Shown here in pieces: positions 25,126 to 32,000 of a stretch of 32,000 nucleotides of DNA. The notes under the pieces are model-generated. The model did no database searches. It saw nothing but the letters and a program-made list of their open reading frames with translations, and was not told the origin of the DNA. The position numbers and the translations under genes are program-made. Origin of the DNA: Coprobacillaceae bacterium (GTDB lineage Bacteria; Bacillota_I; Bacilli_A; Erysipelotrichales; Coprobacillaceae); NCBI GenBank assembly GCA_963675515.1, contig OY776328.1, forward strand, positions 1,110,001-1,142,000. Reading direction: 5' to 3'. Each line of letters starts with the position of its first letter. The first letter of the stretch is position 1.

Positions 25126-25133
25126 ACATAATG

Positions 25134-25167
25134 AAAAAATGCCTTTGCGTGATGCTAGGCATTTTTT
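25134..25167. terminator. Bidirectional rho-independent terminator
   Basis: AAAAAATGCCT ttgcgtgatgct AGGCATTTTTT, between convergent genes. Confidence 0.75.
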
Positions 25168-25168
25168 G

Positions 25169-25462
25169 TTACAGAAGTTCGATGTCGCAGTAATTGGCTT
25201 TTAAGGTCTTGATCAGGGTTTCGACCCGCTCATCCTTGATTTTATAGAAGATCGCATTGCCCTGTTTCTCGTTGGCTACGATGCCGTGGGCCTTTAGTGA
25301 GGCGAGATGCTGGGAGATTGCCGGCTGGGACAGGTGGGAAAGCTTTTCGTGGAGCTGGGAAACATTCATGCTTTCCTGGATCAAATAACATACTATCAAA
25401 AGCCGGTTTTCATTGGCAAGGACCTTCAACATGTCGGCTACTTCTTTTGCTTGTGAAATCAT
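25169..25462 (-). CDS. ArsR/SmtB family transcriptional regulator (two Cys: C25 and C92)
   Basis: The ATG at 25462 follows AAGGAGAAAG. LKVLANENRLLIVCYL and the wHTH SQLHEKLSHLSQPAISQHLASLKAHGIV are the ArsR signature. It is divergent from the CoADR-fusion gene. Confidence 0.88.
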   Translation of the reverse strand: MISQAKEVADMLKVLANENRLLIVCYLIQESMNVSQLHEKLSHLSQPAISQHLASLKAHGIVANEKQGNAIFYKIKDERVETLIKTLKANYCDIELL

Positions 25463-25486
25463 TATCTTTCTCCTTGACAAAGTATT

Positions 25487-25510
25487 ATAAGTATATTAGT
25501 ATATGCTTAT
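25487..25510. promoter_or_regulatory. AT-rich inverted repeat ATAAGTATAT-tagt-ATATGCTTAT in the divergent promoter region; candidate ArsR-family operator
   Basis: 9 of 10 positions are complementary between the arms. It lies immediately downstream of a TTGACA box (25474-25479), between the regulator gene and the CoADR-fusion gene. Confidence 0.45.
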
Positions 25511-25563
25511 AAACTAAATATATATTTCACAAAAGGAAATGTCAATACTAAACGGAGGACTTT

Positions 25564-28032
25564 ATGAAAAAAACTTTAATTGTCGGCGGTGTTGCCGGCG
25601 GGGCTTCGGTGGCGGCGCGGCTGCGTCGGGTCGATGAAAACGGGACGATCATCATGTTTGAAAAAGGGGAATACATCTCTTTTGCCAACTGCGGTCTTCC
25701 TTATTATATAGGAGGGACGATCCAGGAGCGGGGCAAACTGCTTGTCCAGACAGTTGAAGACATGTCGGAAAAGTTCAATCTCGATATAAGGATCCTGAGC
25801 GAAGTTGTCAAGATCAACCGTGAGGCCAAGACAGTAACGGTCCGCAAAACCGACACGGGCGAAGAGTATGAGGAGTCATACGACAACCTGGTTCTTTCAC
25901 CGGGTGCTTCACCGCTTCGACCGAAAATTCCAGGCATCAACCAATGCAACAACCTGTTCACTTTGCGCAACATTCCCGATACCGACACGATCAAGTCATA
26001 TGTGGGCATCCATGATGTCAAAAAAGCGGTTGTCGTCGGCGGGGGCTTCATCGGGCTGGAAATGACCGAGAACCTTGTCGAACTTGGTATCGATGTGACC
26101 CTGGTCGAAATGTCAAACCAGGTAATGGCACCACTTGACATCGAAATGGTGTCCCAGGTCCATGACCATCTGCAGGAACATGGTGTCAACCTGGTGTTGG
26201 AAGACGGAGTTGCCAGCTTCGCAAACGAAGGAAGACAGGTCATCTTGAATTCCGGTCTTACACTGGAAACCGATCTTGTCATCCTGGCGATCGGGGTCGC
26301 TCCCGAAACCGGATTCGCTTCAAAGGCGGATATCAAGGTAAACGCCAGAGGAGCCATCATCGTTGACGAACATATGCGTACCAACGACGAATCGATCTAC
26401 GCATTAGGTGATGCGGTAGCCATCAAGGACTTCGTCAACCAGGAAGAAACGATGATTCCTCTTGCCTGGCCGGCCAACCGCCAGGGCCACATCGTTGCCG
26501 ACAATATCGCGGGGATTCCAGCCAAATACAGGGGAACCTTGGGTTCTTCGGTAGCCAAAGTTTTCGATCTGACCGTGGCTTCGACCGGGAACAATGAAAA
26601 AGTCCTGAAAGCCAAAGGAATCGAATACCAGGTGCTTCATATCCATCCGGGTTCTCATGCAAGCTACTATCCAGGTGCCTTCCCGATCCATCTTAAACTG
26701 ATCTTTGGCAAAAAGGGTGAAATTTACGGAGCACAGGGTGTGGGAATGGACGGAGTCGAAAAGCGGATCGATGTGCTGGCTACAGCCATCAAAGGCAAGC
26801 TTTCGGTTTACGACCTTCCTGATCTGGAACTGTGCTACGCACCGCCTTATTCTTCAGCCAAGGATCCGGTCAACATGGCAGGCTATGATGCCTCGAACAT
26901 GCTTGATGGTCTGGTCAAGACAATCCAGTGGCACGAGATCGATGAAGTGGGAAGCACTGGGGGATTCATTCTCGATGTCCGTGAGGACTTCGAACTGGCG
27001 ACCGGACTGCTTGAAGGTTCAACCAACATTCCCCTAGGTCAGATCCGCACCAATCTGGACAAACTGCCAAAAGACAAGACGATCTACGTCTACTGCCAGG
27101 TGGGACAACGTGGTTATGTCGCTGCTAGAATGCTTGGCCAGTTAGGCTATGATGTGGTCAACCTTGACGGGGGCTATAAGACTTACAAGAATGTGAAGTT
27201 CTGCCGCGTTGACAAGGAACCGGTAATCATCGACAAGGAGGCCAAAGAAGTGCACGAAACAAAAGCCAATTTAGATATGACCGACGTCAAGGTGACAATC
27301 GACGCCTGCGGTCTGCAATGTCCAGGACCGATCCGCCGCGTCTTCGAGGAAATGCAAAAACTTGAAGAAGGTCAGATCATGGAAGTAAAAGCGACCGATC
27401 CGGGATTCAACAAGGATATCGTCTCTTGGTGCAAGAACACCAAAAACACGATCCTTTCTAAAGAGACCGACCCGAAAACCAAAGTGACGACAGTGAAGAT
27501 TGTCAAGGGTATGTACGGGGCGCCGGTTGGATCGACTGCGCCGGCCCAGCTTGTCGAAGGGAAAAACGGTTCGACCATGGTTGTTTTCTCCGGTGATCTT
27601 GACAAGGCCATCGCCTCATTCATCATCGCGACCGGGGCGGCGTCAATGGGCAAGGAAGTCACAATGTTCTTCACCTTCTGGGGCTTGAATGTCATCAAGA
27701 AAAGGAACAAACCAAGCGTGAAAAAAGATATCATTTCGAAAATGTTCGACTTCATGCTCCCTAGCCATGCCGGAAAACTGCCGCTGTCACAGATGCAGAT
27801 GTTTGGCATGGGACCGGCGATGATCAAACACATCATGAAAAAGAAAAACGTCGATACCTTGGAACAGCTTATGGAAAACGCCATGAAGCTCAATGTCAAG
27901 ATTGTTGCCTGCGCCATGAGTCTTGATCTGATGGGAATCAAGGAAGAAGAATTGCTTGATGGAGTGGAGGTTGCCGGAGTCGCTTCATATCTCGCAGCCG
28001 CCGACGAATCGAATCTCGACCTGTTCATCTAA
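25564..28032 (+). CDS. Four-domain fusion: CoA-disulfide/persulfide reductase (FAD/NAD(P)) - rhodanese - TusA/SirA-like - DsrE/DsrF-like
   Basis: 822 aa. The N-terminus has GGVAGG and SFANCGLPY (Cys43, nt 25690-25692). The rhodanese loop is YCQVGQRG (Cys511, nt 27094-27096). The TusA motif is CGLQCPGP (Cys586, nt 27319-27321). The C-terminal DsrE-like domain has VVFSGDLDKA and IVACAMSLDLMG. The RBS is GGAGG. Confidence 0.85.
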   Translation: MKKTLIVGGVAGGASVAARLRRVDENGTIIMFEKGEYISFANCGLPYYIGGTIQERGKLLVQTVEDMSEKFNLDIRILSEVVKINREAKTVTVRKTDTGEEYEESYDNLVLSPGASPLRPKIPGINQCNNLFTLRNIPDTDTIKSYVGIHDVKKAVVVGGGFIGLEMTENLVELGIDVTLVEMSNQVMAPLDIEMVSQVHDHLQEHGVNLVLEDGVASFANEGRQVILNSGLTLETDLVILAIGVAPETGFASKADIKVNARGAIIVDEHMRTNDESIYALGDAVAIKDFVNQEETMIPLAWPANRQGHIVADNIAGIPAKYRGTLGSSVAKVFDLTVASTGNNEKVLKAKGIEYQVLHIHPGSHASYYPGAFPIHLKLIFGKKGEIYGAQGVGMDGVEKRIDVLATAIKGKLSVYDLPDLELCYAPPYSSAKDPVNMAGYDASNMLDGLVKTIQWHEIDEVGSTGGFILDVREDFELATGLLEGSTNIPLGQIRTNLDKLPKDKTIYVYCQVGQRGYVAARMLGQLGYDVVNLDGGYKTYKNVKFCRVDKEPVIIDKEAKEVHETKANLDMTDVKVTIDACGLQCPGPIRRVFEEMQKLEEGQIMEVKATDPGFNKDIVSWCKNTKNTILSKETDPKTKVTTVKIVKGMYGAPVGSTAPAQLVEGKNGSTMVVFSGDLDKAIASFIIATGAASMGKEVTMFFTFWGLNVIKKRNKPSVKKDIISKMFDFMLPSHAGKLPLSQMQMFGMGPAMIKHIMKKKNVDTLEQLMENAMKLNVKIVACAMSLDLMGIKEEELLDGVEVAGVASYLAAADESNLDLFI

Positions 28033-28033
28033 A

Positions 28034-28058
28034 AGGAGCCTAATGGCTTCTTTTTTTT
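28034..28058 (+). terminator. Rho-independent terminator after the CoADR fusion gene
   Basis: AGGAGCC taat GGCTTCT (one G-U pair) followed by a T7-8 run. Confidence 0.7.
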
Positions 28059-28079
28059 CGTAGCAGGGTGGATTTGTCC

Positions 28080-28108
28080 TTGAAGAAACATGCTGTCACC
28101 GGTATAAT
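28080..28108 (+). promoter_or_regulatory. Sigma-A type promoter of the hydrogenase-like gene
   Basis: The -35 box is TTGAAG (28080-28085). A 17-nt spacer follows, then the -10 box TATAAT (28103-28108). Confidence 0.6.
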
Positions 28109-28134
28109 TAAGCTATAACAGGGGAGGAACTGAA

Positions 28135-29658
28135 ATGAAACCGGAATATAAAACCTTGGCGAACATCCGCCATCAAGTCTTTGAAGAAGTGGCGCGGATT
28201 GCCTACAACGGCAACGATTTCTCGCAGATCGAATCGCTGCCATACAAGATAATACCAGGTGAAGTGGCGACTTACCGCGACTCCATCTTTTTGGAACGGG
28301 CGATCATCGGCGAGCGGATCCGTCTGGCCATGGGGCTTAGCCTCAATCCGGTGGACAAGCCCGAACCGCTTTCCAAAAATATCGAGGATGCTCTGATTGC
28401 GGAAAAATACTATGAACCGCCGCTGGTCAACATCATCAAGTTCGCCTGCAACGCCTGCAAGACAAAGGGTTATGAGGTGTCCAACGGCTGCCAGGGCTGC
28501 CTGGCCCATCCGTGCATCGAAGTGTGTCCGAAAAACTGCATCTCCTTTGTCAACGGCAAAGCCTTCATCGACCAGAATGAATGCATAAAGTGCGGCCTGT
28601 GTCACCAGGTTTGTCCTTATGGAGCGATCCTGAAACATCAGCGGCCCTGCGCTCTGGCTTGCGGGATGGATGCCATCAAATCAGACGAGTTCGGCCGGGC
28701 CGATATCGATTATGACAAATGCGTCAGCTGCGGGATGTGCCTGGTCAACTGCCCGTTCGGGGCGATCGCCGACAAGTCGCAGATTGTCCAGCTGATCCAG
28801 GCGATCAACTCGAGCCATGAGGTCATCGCGGTAGTCGCACCTTCGTTTGAAGGCCAGTTCGGACGCAACATCTCATTTGGCGCGTTCAAACAGGCGATGC
28901 AAATGAGCGGTTTCGATGATGTGGTAGAGGTGGCGATCGGAGCCGATCTATGCACCATTGAGGAGGCTGAGGACTTTTTGGCCAAGGTTCCGGCCAGCCA
29001 GCCGTTCATGGCGACTTCATGCTGTCCGTCATGGTCGATGCTTGCCAAGAAGCAGTTTCCCGAATTCGAAAGCTACATCTCGATGGCCTTGACTCCGATG
29101 GTTCTTACCGCCAGGCTGGTCCGGGAATCGCATCCGGATGCCAAGATTGTCTTTGTGGGGCCTTGTTCGGCCAAGAAGCTCGAGGCATCGCGCAAGTCGG
29201 TCCGTTCCGAAGTCGATTTCGTGATCACCTTCGAGGAGCTTTCGGGGATGTTCTCGGCCAAGGATGTCGACATCACCAAGATCGAGGACAAAACGCCTCT
29301 TGACAACAGCGCCACCCGTGATGGCCGGGGATTTGCCGTTGGCGGCGGGGTTGCCAATGCGGTGGCCAACCTGATCAAGAAAAAGCATCCGGAAATGGAT
29401 GTGAAGATCAAAAGCGCCGACGGGCTGCGGGAATGTTCGACCATGCTTCGCGACGCCAAAAAAGGTCTCTATGACGGTTACCTGCTTGAAGGTATGGGCT
29501 GTCCGGGAGGATGTGTGGCCGGGGCGGGATGCAATGCCAACTCGCGGATGAGTGCTTTGGCGGTCAAGAAGGCGGCCGGGGCGTCGATTCTCAAGACAAG
29601 CGACGAGTCGGTATACTCGCAATATCTCTACCTCCTCAATGAAAGCGAAAAAAAATAA
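28135..29658 (+). CDS. [FeFe]-hydrogenase-like protein (ferredoxin-type 4Fe-4S domains plus H-cluster domain; group B-like architecture)
   Basis: 507 aa. There are several C-x2-C-x2-C-x3-CP ferredoxin motifs. The H-cluster motifs are ATSCCPSW (Cys296/297, nt 29020-29025), VGPCSAKKLE and LEGMGCPGGCVAGAG. The RBS is GGGGAGG. Confidence 0.8.
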   Translation: MKPEYKTLANIRHQVFEEVARIAYNGNDFSQIESLPYKIIPGEVATYRDSIFLERAIIGERIRLAMGLSLNPVDKPEPLSKNIEDALIAEKYYEPPLVNIIKFACNACKTKGYEVSNGCQGCLAHPCIEVCPKNCISFVNGKAFIDQNECIKCGLCHQVCPYGAILKHQRPCALACGMDAIKSDEFGRADIDYDKCVSCGMCLVNCPFGAIADKSQIVQLIQAINSSHEVIAVVAPSFEGQFGRNISFGAFKQAMQMSGFDDVVEVAIGADLCTIEEAEDFLAKVPASQPFMATSCCPSWSMLAKKQFPEFESYISMALTPMVLTARLVRESHPDAKIVFVGPCSAKKLEASRKSVRSEVDFVITFEELSGMFSAKDVDITKIEDKTPLDNSATRDGRGFAVGGGVANAVANLIKKKHPEMDVKIKSADGLRECSTMLRDAKKGLYDGYLLEGMGCPGGCVAGAGCNANSRMSALAVKKAAGASILKTSDESVYSQYLYLLNESEKK

Positions 29659-29674
29659 AGCCGGAAACGGCTTT
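29657..29674 (+). terminator. Weak hairpin terminator (GAAA tetraloop) after the hydrogenase-like gene
   Basis: AAAGCCG gaaa CGGCTTT. Only 3 U residues follow the stem. Confidence 0.4.
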
Positions 29675-29685
29675 ATCGTGAGTGT

Positions 29686-30249
29686 ATGATGAAAAGAATA
29701 GACTACAACGCCCCGGTTGTCCTGAGTTTCTTTTTTGCAAGTTTCCTCGCTTTGGTGCTATCTATGGTCACCAGGGGCAACTCCAATATCCTGCTTTTTA
29801 GCGTTTATCAGGCACCTTTGACCAACCCGCTGACCCTTTTCCGGCTCTTTGGCCACGTGCTCGGGCACAGTTCGCTGAGTCATTTCTCATCGAACATGAT
29901 GCTCCTGCTTATCGTCGGGCCCAACCTCGAGGAGAAGTACGGCTCGAAAAACCTGGGCACGATGATTGGTATAACCGCCGTTGTCACCGGCATCATCCAG
30001 ATGATGTTTTTTCCGACCATCCTGCTTGGAGCCAGCGGCGTGGTCTTCATGATGATCATCCTGGCCTCGTTTGGAAAGATATCAAATGGCAAAATCCCGA
30101 TGACCCTGGTCATGGTTGTTCTTATTTATCTGGGCAACGAGATCTACCTGGCCCTTTTTGCCAGCGACAACATCTCCCAGGTAACCCATATCGTGGGCGG
30201 CCTGCTTGGCATGGTATTTGGATTCTATCTCAACGCTAGCCAAAAATGA
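29686..30249 (+). CDS. Rhomboid family intramembrane serine protease
   Basis: Motifs seen are H-x4-H-x3-N (GHSSLSHFSSNMM), GASGVVF (catalytic Ser) and HIVGGLLG (catalytic His). There are six hydrophobic helices. Confidence 0.82.
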   Translation: MMKRIDYNAPVVLSFFFASFLALVLSMVTRGNSNILLFSVYQAPLTNPLTLFRLFGHVLGHSSLSHFSSNMMLLLIVGPNLEEKYGSKNLGTMIGITAVVTGIIQMMFFPTILLGASGVVFMMIILASFGKISNGKIPMTLVMVVLIYLGNEIYLALFASDNISQVTHIVGGLLGMVFGFYLNASQK

Positions 30250-31144
30250 CAAGCAGTCCCATCATCAGCCCCAAAGATACCAAAGTAGAAAGTGTCGCCA
30301 CAATCGGCGGCACTTTGCTTTTGGGGTCGATCGATATGCTGTAGATGACCGCGATTACCGGAGTCGGGGTGACCAAAGCCAGCGCGATTATCAGTTTGGC
30401 GGTAGGATCTACGGGCAGGAGCATGAAAAGTCCAAGGATGGCCAGGTTGGTGGCGTATTTGCCAAGCAATGTCTTGCCCACCGATTTCAGGGCGGCACGA
30501 TCAAGGGCGAAGTTGAGCTTGATGCCAATCAGAGCCATGCACAAAAACGAATTGGCTCCAGCGGGAATTGCCGCAATGTCGATCACCGCTGATGGCAAGG
30601 TTATGCCAACCAGGCTCAGTAGAATCATGAAAAAATAAGTCATGAAGGGGATCGAGCGGACGCAGTGGCCCATTATCTGCTTTATCAGCGAACCTCCGCT
30701 TTTGTTTATCTGGGAAAGAGCCAGGGCGTTGTTGCCCCCGAAGACCATCAGCGAATTGCCGATATCGAAGAAAATCAGATAGAGGATGGCCCAGTTGGGG
30801 AAGATGCCCGAGACAATGGGCATCAAGAAAAGGCCGTTGTTGTAGCCCGACGCATTGATCATCGAGATCGCCCTGACGTTTCCAGGCTCATTCTTGTTGA
30901 TAAGGTAAGCCACGCCGTTGACAAGGAACGGTCCCACAAGACCCAGGAATATATAAGGGACCAGATCCCATGACAGGGTGATTCCGTTGGTGGCGGTGAT
31001 CAAGAAGGCCGGCAGGGTGACCTTCATTACGATGTGGCTTAGCATCACGCCATCCTGTTCCTTGACAATTCCGGCGCGCTTGATGATGTATCCGATTACG
31101 ATGATCGAGATGAAACTGATCATTTTAAATATCATTGCATTCAT
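30236..31144 (-). CDS. AEC (auxin efflux carrier) family transporter
   Basis: The ATG at 31144 follows AAAGGAGATTTAT. The product is 302 aa with about 10 TM helices. The N-terminus MISFISIIVIGYIIKRAGIV is typical of the PF03547 membrane transport family. Its 3' end overlaps the rhomboid gene by 14 nt. Confidence 0.75.
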   Translation of the reverse strand: MNAMIFKMISFISIIVIGYIIKRAGIVKEQDGVMLSHIVMKVTLPAFLITATNGITLSWDLVPYIFLGLVGPFLVNGVAYLINKNEPGNVRAISMINASGYNNGLFLMPIVSGIFPNWAILYLIFFDIGNSLMVFGGNNALALSQINKSGGSLIKQIMGHCVRSIPFMTYFFMILLSLVGITLPSAVIDIAAIPAGANSFLCMALIGIKLNFALDRAALKSVGKTLLGKYATNLAILGLFMLLPVDPTAKLIIALALVTPTPVIAVIYSISIDPKSKVPPIVATLSTLVSLGLMMGLLVIFG

Positions 31145-31304
31145 ATAAATCTCCTTTGCGATTACCTGCATTATATCCGATTTTAAATTCTTTTGCTCCA
31201 TTTTTACAAATCTGAAAAATGAAAAAATTCACGGAATAATTGATAAGGTGGATTGTTTGACATAAGTACCCTGAAAAGTATAATTAAAATAAGGAGGGAC
31301 TTGT

Positions 31305-31688
31305 ATGAATCTCGAAGAAATAATGCAATATGATAATTTTGTCGTTTTGGGAAATACCATCGAGCCGGAAAAGTATGCCTGCAAGATCAAAAACCGGCTG
31401 CTTGATTGTGGCTACACTGCCGTAGGCGTGCAAAAGGAGCTTGAATCAATCAACGATGTCGATTTCGATATCGATGTGCTCGTTCTTTGCATCAACCGGA
31501 ATCTGGGAATCGAATTTTTGAAGGAGAACAAGAAACCGATCAAAGCAGTGGTAATCCAGCCCAACGCCGGATCAAGGGAAATCACTGACTTTCTCGATGA
31601 AAACAAGATTCCCTGGATGGACGGCTGCATCCTGGTGGGTTGTTCACTTTCAAACAAACACAAAAAATGGAGGATAACAAATGAATAA
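31305..31688 (+). CDS. CoA-binding domain protein (YccU/YneT-like)
   Basis: 127 aa. The FVVLGNT...KYA.KI...L...GY....V pattern is that of small CoA-binding (Rossmann-like) proteins. The RBS is AAGGAGG. Confidence 0.55.
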   Translation: MNLEEIMQYDNFVVLGNTIEPEKYACKIKNRLLDCGYTAVGVQKELESINDVDFDIDVLVLCINRNLGIEFLKENKKPIKAVVIQPNAGSREITDFLDENKIPWMDGCILVGCSLSNKHKKWRITNE

Positions 31689-32000
31689 TATTCTTGTATG
31701 CAAAGAACTAGACGAGGAAACCAGGGTCGCCCTGATCCCGGGGGACATCAAAAAGCTGATTGGAATGAATCTTCAAGTCGCCGTTGTTTCCGGGGCGGGC
31801 CTCAAGTCGGGCTTCATGGACGATGACTATCAAAAGGCGGGTGCGACGATCGTGGCGACAAATGATGAGGGCTACAAGTCAGCCGACATAATCGTGCGCA
31901 TCATCAAACCCGAGACAGTCGATGGAATCAAAGCAGATACTCTTCATGTAAGCTACCTCGATCCTTTCAATGAAAAGGAACTCCTGGGGGAAATGGTTGA
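31681..32000 (+). CDS. pntA: NAD(P) transhydrogenase alpha subunit (PntA-like, alanine dehydrogenase/PNT N-terminal domain); partial, runs off the right edge
   Basis: Not in the ORF track because there is no stop in the window. The ATG at 31681 overlaps the previous gene by 8 nt. The translation is MNNILVCKELDEETRVALIPGDIKKLIGMNLQVAVVSGAGLKSGFMDDDYQKAGATIV...IIVRIIKPE, which resembles the PntA N-terminus. Confidence 0.7.
   Translation, partial: MNNILVCKELDEETRVALIPGDIKKLIGMNLQVAVVSGAGLKSGFMDDDYQKAGATIVATNDEGYKSADIIVRIIKPETVDGIKADTLHVSYLDPFNEKELLGEMV

Noticed and set aside
25704-29622. Long minus-strand ORFs (25704-26384, 27372-28028, 28108-28638, 28710-29048, 29029-29622) opposite the CoADR-fusion and hydrogenase-like genes
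   Set aside because: All are antisense to frames with strong family motifs. None has an RBS or recognisable domain features.
30236-30249. 14-nt overlap of the convergent rhomboid and AEC transporter 3' ends as a regulatory feature
   Set aside because: I saw no associated hairpin or conserved element. Short convergent overlaps are common and may also reflect uncertainty in neither gene's stop, so this is noted only.

Overview
This 32 kb window looks like chromosomal DNA from a moderate-GC Gram-positive bacterium (Bacillota or Mollicutes-related). Supporting signs are GGAGG-type ribosome binding sites, a lipobox lipoprotein, an FMN riboswitch, ECF S-components and many intrinsic terminators. 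An [FeFe]-hydrogenase-like gene suggests a fermentative anaerobe. I support about 30 protein-coding genes, including two edge-truncated genes absent from the ORF track: an MFS transporter at the left edge (minus strand) and a PntA-like gene at the right edge. There is also one nonsense-interrupted pseudogene, one clear FMN riboswitch, several hairpin terminators, and a few promoter or operator candidates. I saw no rRNA, tRNA, CRISPR array, transposase, integrase or phage genes.

Four themes stand out:
- c-di-GMP signalling: three adjacent turnover genes at 882-6353 and a fourth diguanylate cyclase at 20437.
- Sugar catabolism: a GH1 6-phospho-beta-glycosidase next to ManA.
- Sulfur and persulfide handling: a TudS-like/CysE pair, and an ArsR-type regulator beside a CoADR-rhodanese-TusA-DsrE fusion.
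- Cofactor uptake: FMN riboswitch with RibU, and QueT.

The best candidate for an undescribed system is the tightly overlapping minus-strand operon at 8527->3825. It encodes an ICMT/PEMT-like membrane protein, then a divergent GH3-like (acyl-adenylate/amido-synthetase fold) protein whose nucleotide-binding loop appears substituted, then a polytopic membrane GAF/degenerate-GGDEF/HD-GYP c-di-GMP phosphodiesterase. It converges on two diguanylate cyclase genes.

All family assignments come from reading motifs by eye and need HMM or BLAST confirmation.
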